Shown here piece after piece: positions 1 through 8,912 of a stretch of 64,000 nucleotides of DNA; positions within the stretch are counted from its first letter, which is position 1; each line of letters begins with the position of its first letter. The DNA is from Fimbriimonadales bacterium. Lineage in GTDB: Bacteria > Armatimonadota > Fimbriimonadia > Fimbriimonadales > Fimbriimonadaceae. Made by a program: the position numbers and the translations under genes. The DNA is taken from positions 15,562-79,561 of the forward strand of contig JBBRML010000004.1 in assembly GCA_038230855.1 (NCBI GenBank), given 5' to 3'. The notes beneath the pieces were generated by a model that was given only the letters and a program-made list of their open reading frames with translations, was not told the DNA's origin and made no database searches.

Positions 1-908
1 CGGCCCACGAGCACGTCCCCCTGACCACTAGCGTCGCGCGGGGTTGGAAAGCGATTGTTTTCACGGTCGTCAATGACCCTAACACCGGACGCGGCGGCAA
101 GTACGGCTCGGACCGCATCGAGAGACGGCGCGGTTGCGCTGAACTCGACCGTGACCGATTCTGAATGAGCGCGCACTACCGGCACTCGAATGCAAGTCAC
201 ATTGAGTTTGAGCTCAGGCATGCCTAGAATTTTTCGACTCTCCGAAATGACCTTTGCTTCCTCCTCGTTGTAACCGTCGTTGCCGATAGGCGTGTTATGG
301 GAGAAGAGGTTGAAGGCGTAGGGCGTCCCCAATGAACTTTCCGGTATTGGAGCGTTTCGCAACGCGAGTGCGGTTTCGTCCAAAAGCTGCTGCATCATGG
401 ACGCTCCGCCCCCTGAGGCGCTTTGATACGTCGAAACGATTAGGCGCTCAAGCGTTCCCAACTCTCGGAGCGGATTCACCGCCATCAATAGAATGATCGC
501 GGAGCAATTTGGAACGGCGACTAGTTTTGAATTTCCGATCGCAGCCGCGTTGATTTCTGGGACGACAAGCGGGACGGTCGAATCCATTCGAAATGCGCTG
601 GAATTGTCAATGACCGTCGCTCCAGCGGCAAGAGCAACAGGAACAAATTCCCGAGATCGAGACGCGCCCGCGCTGAAGAACGCTATATCCACACCGTCAA
701 ACGCATTCTTCGTAGTCTCCATCACGGGGATCGAGCTTCCTTCAAAGTCTAACGCGCGACCGACTGAGCGCGAAGAAGCGAGTAGTCTCAATTCTCCAAC
801 CGGAAACTTTCGGTCGGCAAACAATCGGAGGAATTCGGAGCCGACGGCGCCGGTCGCTCCAACAATAGCGACGGTTTGGTTCGATGCCACACCTAAATTA
901 AACCGCAT
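1..908 (-). CDS. asd: Aspartate-semialdehyde dehydrogenase (3' end runs off the window)
   Basis: Not in the ORF track; translated by hand from ATG at 908: VAIVGATGAVG, LLASSRSVG, VIDNSSAFRM, VPNCS, STYQSASGGG, TCIRVPVVRAHSES. Confidence 0.95.
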   Translation of the reverse strand, partial: MRFNLGVASNQTVAIVGATGAVGSEFLRLFADRKFPVGELRLLASSRSVGRALDFEGSSIPVMETTKNAFDGVDIAFFSAGASRSREFVPVALAAGATVIDNSSAFRMDSTVPLVVPEINAAAIGNSKLVAVPNCSAIILLMAVNPLRELGTLERLIVSTYQSASGGGASMMQQLLDETALALRNAPIPESSLGTPYAFNLFSHNTPIGNDGYNEEEAKVISESRKILGMPELKLNVTCIRVPVVRAHSESVTVEFSATAPSLDAVRAVLAAASGVRVIDDRENNRFPTPRDASGQGDVLVG

Positions 909-1013
909 TTGAACTTAATGGAGCGAAGGTCGACGGCCAGATCGGCGATATCGAATCGACCCGCACGCTGCGATCAGATTGCATGATATATTGAGCCGAG
1001 GCTTGGGATAACC

Positions 1014-1883
1014 ATGCACAACGATTCCCCACAATGTATTTTTGATCAGGAGGCCATCGGAGATGGGTTTTCGTTCGACTGTGTGGAAGGGTTTGCTATT
1101 TGCCACGTGTCTCGACTGAACGCGGGTTCCGGTCGCCTTGTGCGGGCACAGTGGACGTTAGGTCCGGGATGGAACTTGCTCCTCGCAAATTACGCCGGAT
1201 CTGCTCTTGTCCAAGCTGGATCCAGCGAGGAATGGCGCCTGGTCACGTCTAACACGCTCCTCTTTGTGCGTGATACGATCCTCGACGTCGCACTTGGCCG
1301 CGGATTTCACGATGCCCTCGCTATTCTTTGGCAGTCTGACAGTTGCATGCCTTTGCAGCGTTGGATTGATGGCGCGATCGGAGATGGACAGAGTGGCATG
1401 CTACTGACTCCATTTGATTGGGATAAAACCGAAACTCTAGATCGGCTTTCGAAGGTGCTGAGCGATCCAGCGACTGCTGAACCGCGTATCTTTGGACTCC
1501 TACTCGATGTCATTCCGTTGATGGACAGACGCAGCCAGAAAGTGAACCTGATGCGAGTTCCGTCGGAACTGCCAGAGACAATCGCAGCTCTGACGAGGCG
1601 AGTATTGCGCCGGCCGGAGTCGCCATGGCCACTCAAAGATGCTGCAGATCAGGCAGGGTATTCACCTTTTCATTTCTCTCGACTCTTCAAGCAGCTAGTG
1701 GGTTACGGCTTTCACGAGTATGTCGATCGTTGCCGAACCTCGGCCGCGGTTGATCTTTTGATGAAGGGTCAAAAGTCGGTGGACTCGATTTCTGCTGCGA
1801 CCGGTTTCGGCACGACTCAAGGTTTGCGGGAGTCAATCAAGCAGCATCTTGGCCTTATCCCGTCGGAGCTGCGACCTACCTAG
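1014..1883 (+). CDS. AraC-family transcriptional regulator
   Basis: C-terminal double HTH (LKDAADQAGYSPFHFSRLFKQLVGYGFHEYV...ISAATGFGT). Confidence 0.9.
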   Translation: MHNDSPQCIFDQEAIGDGFSFDCVEGFAICHVSRLNAGSGRLVRAQWTLGPGWNLLLANYAGSALVQAGSSEEWRLVTSNTLLFVRDTILDVALGRGFHDALAILWQSDSCMPLQRWIDGAIGDGQSGMLLTPFDWDKTETLDRLSKVLSDPATAEPRIFGLLLDVIPLMDRRSQKVNLMRVPSELPETIAALTRRVLRRPESPWPLKDAADQAGYSPFHFSRLFKQLVGYGFHEYVDRCRTSAAVDLLMKGQKSVDSISAATGFGTTQGLRESIKQHLGLIPSELRPT

Positions 1884-1889
1884 CCTTAC

Positions 1890-3134
1890 CTAACCATGCG
1901 AAATTTCGGCCGCTGCCTCGTTCGGTAGTCGACCATCGAGTATGCACGTTGAAGTGAGGTCGCCCATGACGTTAACCGTCGTGCGACACCGGTCAAGCAG
2001 CCAGTCCAGCGGCAGCAGGAACGCTACGTATTCAGTTGGCAGATGAACCGCCGTGAAGACGGCGAGCATCGTCACCAAGCCCGCCTCCGGGATCCCGGCT
2101 GCGCCAACCGAGGCAACAATGGACATTAGGACGACGATCAGCTGTTGCTCCAGCCCTAAATGCTGCCCGATCAACTGCGAAACAAAGAGAGCGGCCATCG
2201 CCTCGTACAGCGCGGTGCCGTCGTGATTAAAGGCACCGCCGACCATGACGCCTAGTGAAGCATTCTCTGGCCGCACGTGTAGCTTTTGGGTCGCACACTC
2301 GTAGGTTACGGGCAGCGTTGCCGCCGATGAAGCGGTGGAAAATGCCAACGAAAATGCGTCAACGCCGCCGCGCAAAAACTGCATCGGCCGCACGCGGGAG
2401 CTTAGCCTGAGCCGAATGAGATAGAACGCGACCATAAGCGACAAGGCCAAAATGACGCTCAAGGCAAAAATTAACAGGGAGCGAAACGGTGCGAATCCTT
2501 GCGTGCCTACCGTATTTGCAACGACGGCGAGGACGGCGAACGGTACGAGTTCGAACACCCAGTGCAAAACGACGGTAACTACCTCGTACAGCGTCTCGAT
2601 GGTAGCCATGAGGCCCTGAGTGTCATCTCGGCCCGCTTGCTTTTGGGCACTGCGCACCACTCGTAGGCCAATCCCGAGAGCGATCGACAGCACGATGACG
2701 CCGAGTATCTCGTTCTTCGCAAAAGGCGTGATCCAATCTTTTGGAATACGTTCCAGCAGGTCTGCAATTAAGCTGTACGGTTTCTTGTCTATGGACTTTG
2801 TCGGAACTTCGAGTTTGACCCATGCTCCGGGTCGCACTACATTTGCGACGAGCAGTCCAACGATGATCGCGATGACGGTATTCGACATCAGCAAGTACAT
2901 CAGCCTTCCGGCGCGACGTGCACCAGCATCGGTGAAGACAAGCGATCGCACAACCGCCAAGAAAATGAGAGGAGTCGCCAGTAGCTTCAGAAAGCCAAGC
3001 ACGACATCCGAAATCGGCTTTAGGCTCGCAGCATCCTTACCGAGCACCAGCCCAAGGATGATGCCCAAAACAAGGCCGCAGATAATCTTTAGGTAGAGCG
3101 GGCAGCGCCGGTAGCGGCGGACGTTTGCATTCAC
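1890..3134 (-). CDS. Dicarboxylate/amino acid:cation symporter (GltP/DAACS family)
   Basis: Multiple TM helices; FSTASSAATLP, AFNHDGTALYE and DRCRTTVNVMGD motifs. Confidence 0.93.
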   Translation of the reverse strand: MNANVRRYRRCPLYLKIICGLVLGIILGLVLGKDAASLKPISDVVLGFLKLLATPLIFLAVVRSLVFTDAGARRAGRLMYLLMSNTVIAIIVGLLVANVVRPGAWVKLEVPTKSIDKKPYSLIADLLERIPKDWITPFAKNEILGVIVLSIALGIGLRVVRSAQKQAGRDDTQGLMATIETLYEVVTVVLHWVFELVPFAVLAVVANTVGTQGFAPFRSLLIFALSVILALSLMVAFYLIRLRLSSRVRPMQFLRGGVDAFSLAFSTASSAATLPVTYECATQKLHVRPENASLGVMVGGAFNHDGTALYEAMAALFVSQLIGQHLGLEQQLIVVLMSIVASVGAAGIPEAGLVTMLAVFTAVHLPTEYVAFLLPLDWLLDRCRTTVNVMGDLTSTCILDGRLPNEAAAEISHG

Positions 3135-3138
3135 GACG

Positions 3139-4086
3139 CTAGTCTAGCGATTTCCGGCCAGCCAGTTCTTCAACTTTCGCACCGATTGTCTTTTCCGGAA
3201 CTACAAATCTGACGTAACCAACGGCGCGGAGCCGTCTTTCGAGATCGAGGCGATCATCACAGAGGGCGATCACAGTGCCCCCGAGGCCCGCGCCCGCCAA
3301 TTTTGCGCTGCGCGCTCCGTTGTCCAGGCAATGCTTAATGAGTCGATCGATAGGTTCACCTGAGCCGCCAATTGCAGCCACTCGCTCCTGATTTTCACGC
3401 ATCAGTTCGGCGAGCAAGTCCCAATCGCCGCCAATCATCGCGACTGCACCTTGGCGTGCGAGAGGCGGCAAGCAGTTCATTGTCTCGATCACCGCGGTAT
3501 CGCCTGAGAGCCACCTGTCGATCATCTGGCCATGGACGGCGCCACTCAAACGTTCCACACCAGTGGTGATCAACAGAAATGGCGTCTCGGCATCGATTTC
3601 GGTCAGGGTTCCGCTCGGTGCGGGATTGATAGGATGCTTTCCCGGAAACTCCATCAATTGGAGTCCTCCGTGGCTTATCATGTACGCGTCTTGAAATCCA
3701 CAGACGATCGATGCATCATTTCGCTCGATGTCTCTGACGAGTTCCGCAAACGCGGTACGACCCACACCCGAAGTGAGGTCAGGCAATTCGCCTCGAATCG
3801 CAAGGAGACCGGCGGTCATCGCGGCGATCATTGCCGTAGAACCCGATAGGCCGCTGGACCGCGGCACGTCAGTTTCGAGAGTAACCCGACAAGGTCCAAT
3901 TGGTAGCCGTTTATGTGCGGCATCCCAAAGCCTCGAATCCGGGAGCTCAATTGGAGTTGCTCCAATTTCGATTCGACACGAATTCCGACAGGGAATCGAG
4001 CAACTCAGGACTGCGCCGCCATAGATGTCGCTCGGGTTTCCAACAATGCCACATCGGCCTGGGGCGGATGCCTGAATAGTTACCAT
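3139..4086 (-). CDS. GHMP-family sugar kinase, glucuronokinase-like
   Basis: APGRCGIVGNPSDIYGG, PRSSGLSGSTA, GFQD and KLAGAGLGG motifs. Confidence 0.85.
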   Translation of the reverse strand: MVTIQASAPGRCGIVGNPSDIYGGAVLSCSIPCRNSCRIEIGATPIELPDSRLWDAAHKRLPIGPCRVTLETDVPRSSGLSGSTAMIAAMTAGLLAIRGELPDLTSGVGRTAFAELVRDIERNDASIVCGFQDAYMISHGGLQLMEFPGKHPINPAPSGTLTEIDAETPFLLITTGVERLSGAVHGQMIDRWLSGDTAVIETMNCLPPLARQGAVAMIGGDWDLLAELMRENQERVAAIGGSGEPIDRLIKHCLDNGARSAKLAGAGLGGTVIALCDDRLDLERRLRAVGYVRFVVPEKTIGAKVEELAGRKSLD

Positions 4087-4799
4087 GTCAATTCTTTGGC
4101 TCGCAAGTAGTCTTCGACACTCCCGCAGTCCACACGCTGCGCGCCCTGAGCGAGAGGGACCGAGCGGAAGTCCATTCCGGCATCGATCGCGGCTTGCATA
4201 GCTGGGGTGAGGGAAACTTCCGGGCGACCGCTCTCTCTCAGAAATTGACCCATGCGCTGAATAACTAGATGAAAAAAGCGTGCCGAGAAAATGTAGCGCG
4301 CCGCAATCGCTTCCCTACTGGACGTATCGCTCACGTTTGGCTTCTCAAGAATGCGCGTCACCTGACGATCGAAGGCGCACTCGACAATACCGTATGCCGA
4401 GAGTTGCGAATCGTCGACGGGCTCAACGGCCAACACTCCATCGTAACCCAACGCAAATTGCCGTCCAAGTGCTTCCAGAGGGGAGACACCTCGATACACG
4501 GTGTCACCCAGCAACAGCATCGAATCAGTGGCAGGGAGTGCCAGTGCAACAGCGGGTCCAAGGCCGTTTGGTTCGAGTTGGTCTACAACCACGCACCCGA
4601 GATCTTTGGCGTGGTGGGAGAGTTCCGCCTTTGCTGGGGAACTGACAACGAGGACTTCAGTTGCCCCGGCACATCGCGCCTCATGCACGATTCTTGCGAG
4701 AACGGTCCGGCCCCCGAGATCGAGAAGCTCCTTTGGACGGCCACCCGTCACGGAATACATACGAATGCCGGACCCACCTGCAGGAATGATTGCGCGCAC
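4080..4799 (-). CDS. Sugar-phosphate nucleotidyltransferase (GalU/RmlA-like)
   Basis: IIPAGGSGIRM, PKELL, LLGD, YGIV, ILEKP and DCG motifs. Confidence 0.88.
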   Translation of the reverse strand: MRAIIPAGGSGIRMYSVTGGRPKELLDLGGRTVLARIVHEARCAGATEVLVVSSPAKAELSHHAKDLGCVVVDQLEPNGLGPAVALALPATDSMLLLGDTVYRGVSPLEALGRQFALGYDGVLAVEPVDDSQLSAYGIVECAFDRQVTRILEKPNVSDTSSREAIAARYIFSARFFHLVIQRMGQFLRESGRPEVSLTPAMQAAIDAGMDFRSVPLAQGAQRVDCGSVEDYLRAKELTW

Positions 4800-4926
4800 G
4801 AGGTCGAATAATACGTTGAAGCTAGAAGCATTTGCTAGGGTCAGCTCCGAAAGTGACGCTAGGCCCTGTGGCTACGCTTCGTTCGGAGAAAAACGAGAAA
4901 TTGAATTAACAGTTTAATCTAACGAT

Positions 4927-4967
4927 GAACGTGATTTACAGGCATGATTTATCGTGAAATCACGTTC
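4927..4967. promoter_or_regulatory. Candidate operator: perfect 11-bp inverted repeat GAACGTGATTT-N19-AAATCACGTTC
   Basis: Read directly in the divergent intergenic region; an extra TGATTT at 4945-4950 forms a nested palindrome with AAATCA. Confidence 0.5.
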
Positions 4968-5086
4968 TGGATCAAGGCCCTGTACGCGTCGAGAGATCGG
5001 GAATTCGTGCCGCAACCAACCTCAGATCACTTACGCCCAATAACGCCATTTGCGTTTATGCGATACACGTTGTATGATGTTGTGTA

Positions 5087-6304
5087 ATGCCCTCCAAAAG
5101 GGAACGTAGCGCATCGACGCGCAATATATTTAGGGACGTGGCGAGCGATCTGCAAAAGCAGATTGCAGATTGTTCAATCGAACTCGGACGATATCTGCCA
5201 ACCGAGCGCGATTTGCAGCTGCAGTACAACGTCAGTCGCAGTACGATTCGCCGGGCGCTGTCACGACTGATTGATGATGGCTGGGCCCACAACGTTCCAA
5301 ACAAAGGGGTAATCGCGGGCTCTGGCTTGCGGCCGCTGAAGTCGAATCGAATCGCGATCATCGACCAAGACAATTTCGTCACACGGGTGCTATTCACACG
5401 AATGCAGGACCGCTTGCGTACGCTCGGTTACGAACTCGAACAATTTGTTGGAGTTGAGCAAATGCCGATGGAGCAAGAGATGCTGCGCGCGCTCGATCAA
5501 GACTTCGCGGGGATCATTCTATGGCCCTATCAAGGGTTTCCGAACCAGGAAATCATCCGTCGCGTTTGCCAGAGCATGCCGGTCGTTGTCTTGGACCACC
5601 GATTACGCGACAGCAATCACGACCTCGTGACATTCGATCATTTTGAGAACGGGCGACGCGCCACCAGACACTTGATCGAGATGGGTTGTCAACGTGTTGC
5701 GATAACGGGCATGATGGACATGCTGGACACCACGCACCAGATTTTTTGTGGCTATATGGCAGCTCAATTTGACGCTGGTCTCAAACCACAAGCTCGTGAT
5801 TACGCATTTATTCACACGAGCGGAATGGAGGAAGCCGATCCAATTCCTCTACGTACTAGGTTGACGGCCGAAGATCGACCCGACGGCCTGCTCGTACTAA
5901 CAGATGATTTTTTGGCGGTCACAATTGAGACTGCTCTCCGAGTAGGGCTTCGAGTTCCACAGGACATCAAGGTCATGTCGATCGGGGATGACGTGGACGT
6001 CACCGTCGAGTCATGTGGAACGTCCGCCGTAGCACGCGATTGGGATGACATGATGAACCGAGCGGTCGAACTCATAGTCGAACGAATAGAAGACCCGATG
6101 CGATCACCGAGAATTCAAATTGCGAACAGCAGCATGGTGATCCGAGGTCTTTGCGGGGCACCGCAAGAAAAGTGGAACGCTGGGCTCCACGAACCAACAT
6201 CTTTCAACGGCAAGCTTCCATTTCCAAGGAAGCAATATTCATATCGTAATCATTGGTCTGTCGATGTGGCGGACCGCACTCACAGTGGAGGAATCACTAC
6301 ATGA
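5087..6304 (+). CDS. GntR wHTH + LacI-type ligand-binding domain regulator (AraR-like)
   Basis: LPTERDLQLQYNVSRSTIRRAL N-terminus followed by a periplasmic-binding-protein-like domain (VVVLDH, DLVTFDHFENG, RVPQDIKVMSIGD). Confidence 0.9.
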   Translation: MPSKRERSASTRNIFRDVASDLQKQIADCSIELGRYLPTERDLQLQYNVSRSTIRRALSRLIDDGWAHNVPNKGVIAGSGLRPLKSNRIAIIDQDNFVTRVLFTRMQDRLRTLGYELEQFVGVEQMPMEQEMLRALDQDFAGIILWPYQGFPNQEIIRRVCQSMPVVVLDHRLRDSNHDLVTFDHFENGRRATRHLIEMGCQRVAITGMMDMLDTTHQIFCGYMAAQFDAGLKPQARDYAFIHTSGMEEADPIPLRTRLTAEDRPDGLLVLTDDFLAVTIETALRVGLRVPQDIKVMSIGDDVDVTVESCGTSAVARDWDDMMNRAVELIVERIEDPMRSPRIQIANSSMVIRGLCGAPQEKWNAGLHEPTSFNGKLPFPRKQYSYRNHWSVDVADRTHSGGITT

Positions 6305-7170
6305 AACGAGCATTTACGCTCATTGAACTTCTCGTCGTTATCGCGATCATCGCGATTCTTGCCGCCATCCTGTTCCCGGTTTTTGCCTAAGCAAAGGCTG
6401 CCGCTAAGAAGACGGCTGCTTTGTCGAATGCAAAGCAACTTGGACTTGGCGTCATGATGTACTCGGGCGACGTCGACGACGTCTATCCGAAGGGTACCGG
6501 CTCCTGCTGGTGGTCACCGATCGACGGCGGTTGGGTTTATCTCATTCAGCCATACGTAAAGAACACGCCGATCTTCGTGTCGCCAAACGACCCGAAGAGC
6601 AAGTCCACCTGGCCGAACTGGATGGTCGGAGTTCCGGAAGCTGTTAACATTTCATTCGCCGCAAACGGCTTTATGAAGTGGGACGGTACCGGTTGGGGCA
6701 TGTACGGAATCATGGGCATGGACCAGGCGCACGTCCAAGTTCGATCGCCGGCTGATGGCGGCGCAGTCTGCGGCGCTTGGATGGACAAGGGCGACACGAA
6801 CGGCACGGCTGTTTCGAAGCCGGCTGAGACCATCATGCTTGTCGAGGCTTACAAGGCGTACCCCGTCTTCGGCCCGAGCGACTTCTTTACCAGCATCAAC
6901 TGGTGGGACTTCGTAGGATTCGGTGGTTTGATCCCCGATCCTCGACGCGACGGAACCCCGTACATCATCTCTCATGACGGAGTGAATCCTGCCATGACCG
7001 CGAACAACAAGAACGGCGGCATCAATTCCGTCGGTGCCAATGGCGACACCCTAACGGGCAAAACCAACATGGTATGGGCAGACGGCCACGCGAAGAGCTT
7101 CACACCTCTCGCAACGGTTGGCGATCCGACCCAGAACTCTCAGAATCTCTGGGATTCTTCACGCCCGTAA
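6301..7170 (+). pseudogene. Prepilin-type N-methylation / DUF1559-like protein interrupted by in-frame TAA at 6388-6390
   Basis: ATG 6301 reads [49 protein letters not shown]..., in frame with ORF 6421..7170, which ends NMVWADGHAK. The family usually has FPVFAQA, so CAA>TAA is the likely change. Confidence 0.85.
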
Positions 7171-7176
7171 TGAATC

Positions 7177-7200
7177 TGGCCCGGGCTTTTGCCCGGGCCA
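7177..7200. terminator. GC-rich hairpin after the prepilin gene
   Basis: TGGCCCGGGC-TTTT-GCCCGGGCCA perfect 10-bp stem; the following U-tract is weak. Confidence 0.6.
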
Positions 7201-7226
7201 TTCTATGTTTACATGGGACTAATATT

Positions 7227-7523
7227 TTGAAAACCAAGATATGCATCGTAGGCATCTGTTTTGTCAGTCTGGCATTCGCCGGTTGCGCGAGCTCAAGTTC
7301 TGAGATGTCGCAGAAAGACGTTGACGCACTGAAGCATCCTAGCCGCTCGATTCCGAAGGAAGCGGCCGAAGGAATGGCTCACATGGGTGAGTCGATGGCG
7401 GCGCAGCGGAAACTCAACGCAGAAAAGGGCGTGGACGACCACGGTATTCCAATCGCAAAGTCAACGTCGAACGAAAAGGCGCCTGACGTCAGCGGCGTGA
7501 AAAAGGACACCGCACCGAACTAA
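7227..7523 (+). CDS. Small lipoprotein, paralogue 1
   Basis: Likely TTG start at 7227; lipobox LAFAGC; clearly similar to the next gene (KGVDDHG motif). Confidence 0.75.
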   Translation: MKTKICIVGICFVSLAFAGCASSSSEMSQKDVDALKHPSRSIPKEAAEGMAHMGESMAAQRKLNAEKGVDDHGIPIAKSTSNEKAPDVSGVKKDTAPN

Positions 7524-7586
7524 CTTGCCGTTTTTCTGCACGCGGTATAGTCAGAAAAACCAATCTCTAGGGGGATAAACGTTATT

Positions 7587-7883
7587 ATGAAATTCGCTCT
7601 TAATATGATCGCCGTCGCCTTTCTTGGCGCCGCGATCATCGGATGTTCGTCGTCGGGCTCAGACATGACCAAGGAAGACGCCGATAAGGTCAAAAATCCT
7701 GGGAAGTCCGGGCCACCTCCTCAGGCAGCGGGCATGAACACGGCGGACATGATGGAAAAGCAACGCAAGGACAACGCCACTAAGGGCGTTGACGATCATG
7801 GAGTGCCTCTCAAGAACTCCAGTGCTGGCTCAGAAAAGGGCCCAGACATGAGTGGTGCTAAAAAGGACCCGAACGCCAAGTAA
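7587..7883 (+). CDS. Small lipoprotein, paralogue 2
   Basis: GGGGGA RBS; lipobox IIGC; QRKxNAxKGVDDHGxP motif shared with the upstream gene. Confidence 0.8.
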   Translation: MKFALNMIAVAFLGAAIIGCSSSGSDMTKEDADKVKNPGKSGPPPQAAGMNTADMMEKQRKDNATKGVDDHGVPLKNSSAGSEKGPDMSGAKKDPNAK

Positions 7884-7903
7884 AGCGTATCGATATTGCC
7901 TAG

Positions 7904-7942
7904 GGGTAGTTGCCAGCCGGAAAGCTGACAACTACCCTTTTT
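7904..7942 (+). terminator. Intrinsic terminator
   Basis: GGGTAGTTG-C-CAGC...GCTG-A-CAACTACCC followed by TTTTT, between convergent genes. Confidence 0.8.
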
Positions 7943-8733
7943 TACGGCAACATCCTGATGAACTCAGCGACGCCCGCATTTTCATTCGAGGCGACAACTA
8001 CCTGCGCAACGGCTTTTACCTCTGGACGGGCATTGGCAACGGCACCGCCAAATGACGCCCATGCGACCATTTCGACATCGTTCAAGTAATCGCCAATCGC
8101 TGCGGTCTGACTTTGATCTATCCCGAGACGCTCAGCTACATACGCTAGTGCAGAGCCTTTAGAAACAACGGGCGAGAGAAACTCTAGGTATTCCGCTTCT
8201 GACTCGGTAATGGCGACGGGCAGATCTGCCAGCAAGGGCGCTATTTCTTCGTGGTACAACGTGACACGGGCTTCGTCATCCGCAAGCAGCAACTTAAGGA
8301 TCGGTTGGCTCCTGGCCTCTGCGGCGCCACAGTACGTTGGCAAAATTGAGTGCACTCGCTGCAAGTACTTCTCGCCCCAAGCCCCAGAGTTGACGAACAG
8401 AAGCTCTGCGAGGGTGTAAACGTTCAAGTGCGCGTCTTTGGCCCTGGCAAATTCGAAAACGCGGTCAAATACCCTTGGATCGACGTAGTTCGCGGTCCAA
8501 ATGTTTTCGTCACGGTCGTACACAACAGAGCCGTTGGCCGCGATGATTGGCCCGCTCAAACCAAGTTCGTGGACGAACCCGCGCATCGTGGGTAAGAAGC
8601 GACCGCTGGCGAGTACGACCGTAATTCCTAGGTTCAGCGCGTCCTGAACGGCACGTGCGTTTTCTGGCAAAATTGTGCGATCTTTGCCCAATAGCGTGTG
8701 GTCGACGTCAATTGCCAGTAGCTTTGTCGTCAT
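7942..8733 (-). CDS. Cof-type HAD-IIB hydrolase
   Basis: LLAIDVDHTLL, LASGR, SKGSAL and IGDYLNDVEM motifs. Confidence 0.93.
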   Translation of the reverse strand: MTTKLLAIDVDHTLLGKDRTILPENARAVQDALNLGITVVLASGRFLPTMRGFVHELGLSGPIIAANGSVVYDRDENIWTANYVDPRVFDRVFEFARAKDAHLNVYTLAELLFVNSGAWGEKYLQRVHSILPTYCGAAEARSQPILKLLLADDEARVTLYHEEIAPLLADLPVAITESEAEYLEFLSPVVSKGSALAYVAERLGIDQSQTAAIGDYLNDVEMVAWASFGGAVANARPEVKAVAQVVVASNENAGVAEFIRMLP

Positions 8734-8912
8734 TCCTCACATCCCCGACCGATTCGGGCTAAGGTTCCGTTCCCTATTCGCCAACGATTTACATGCAACG
8801 TCATGGAAAGGCTAATTGTATCTGTCGCGACGACAAACCAGGATGGTTGGTCGGGAGTATTTGAACTTCGCAATGCGTGCTGCTCTGTGAGAGGCACGGG
8901 GCAAGAGTGCAC

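Noticed and set aside
493-912. 139-aa plus-strand ORF
   Set aside because: Antisense shadow of asd, which is clearly encoded on the minus strand.
8760-8910. Possible c-di-GMP riboswitch upstream of the HDOD gene
   Set aside because: No GAAA tetraloop/receptor pair or GCAAA segment in the right arrangement.
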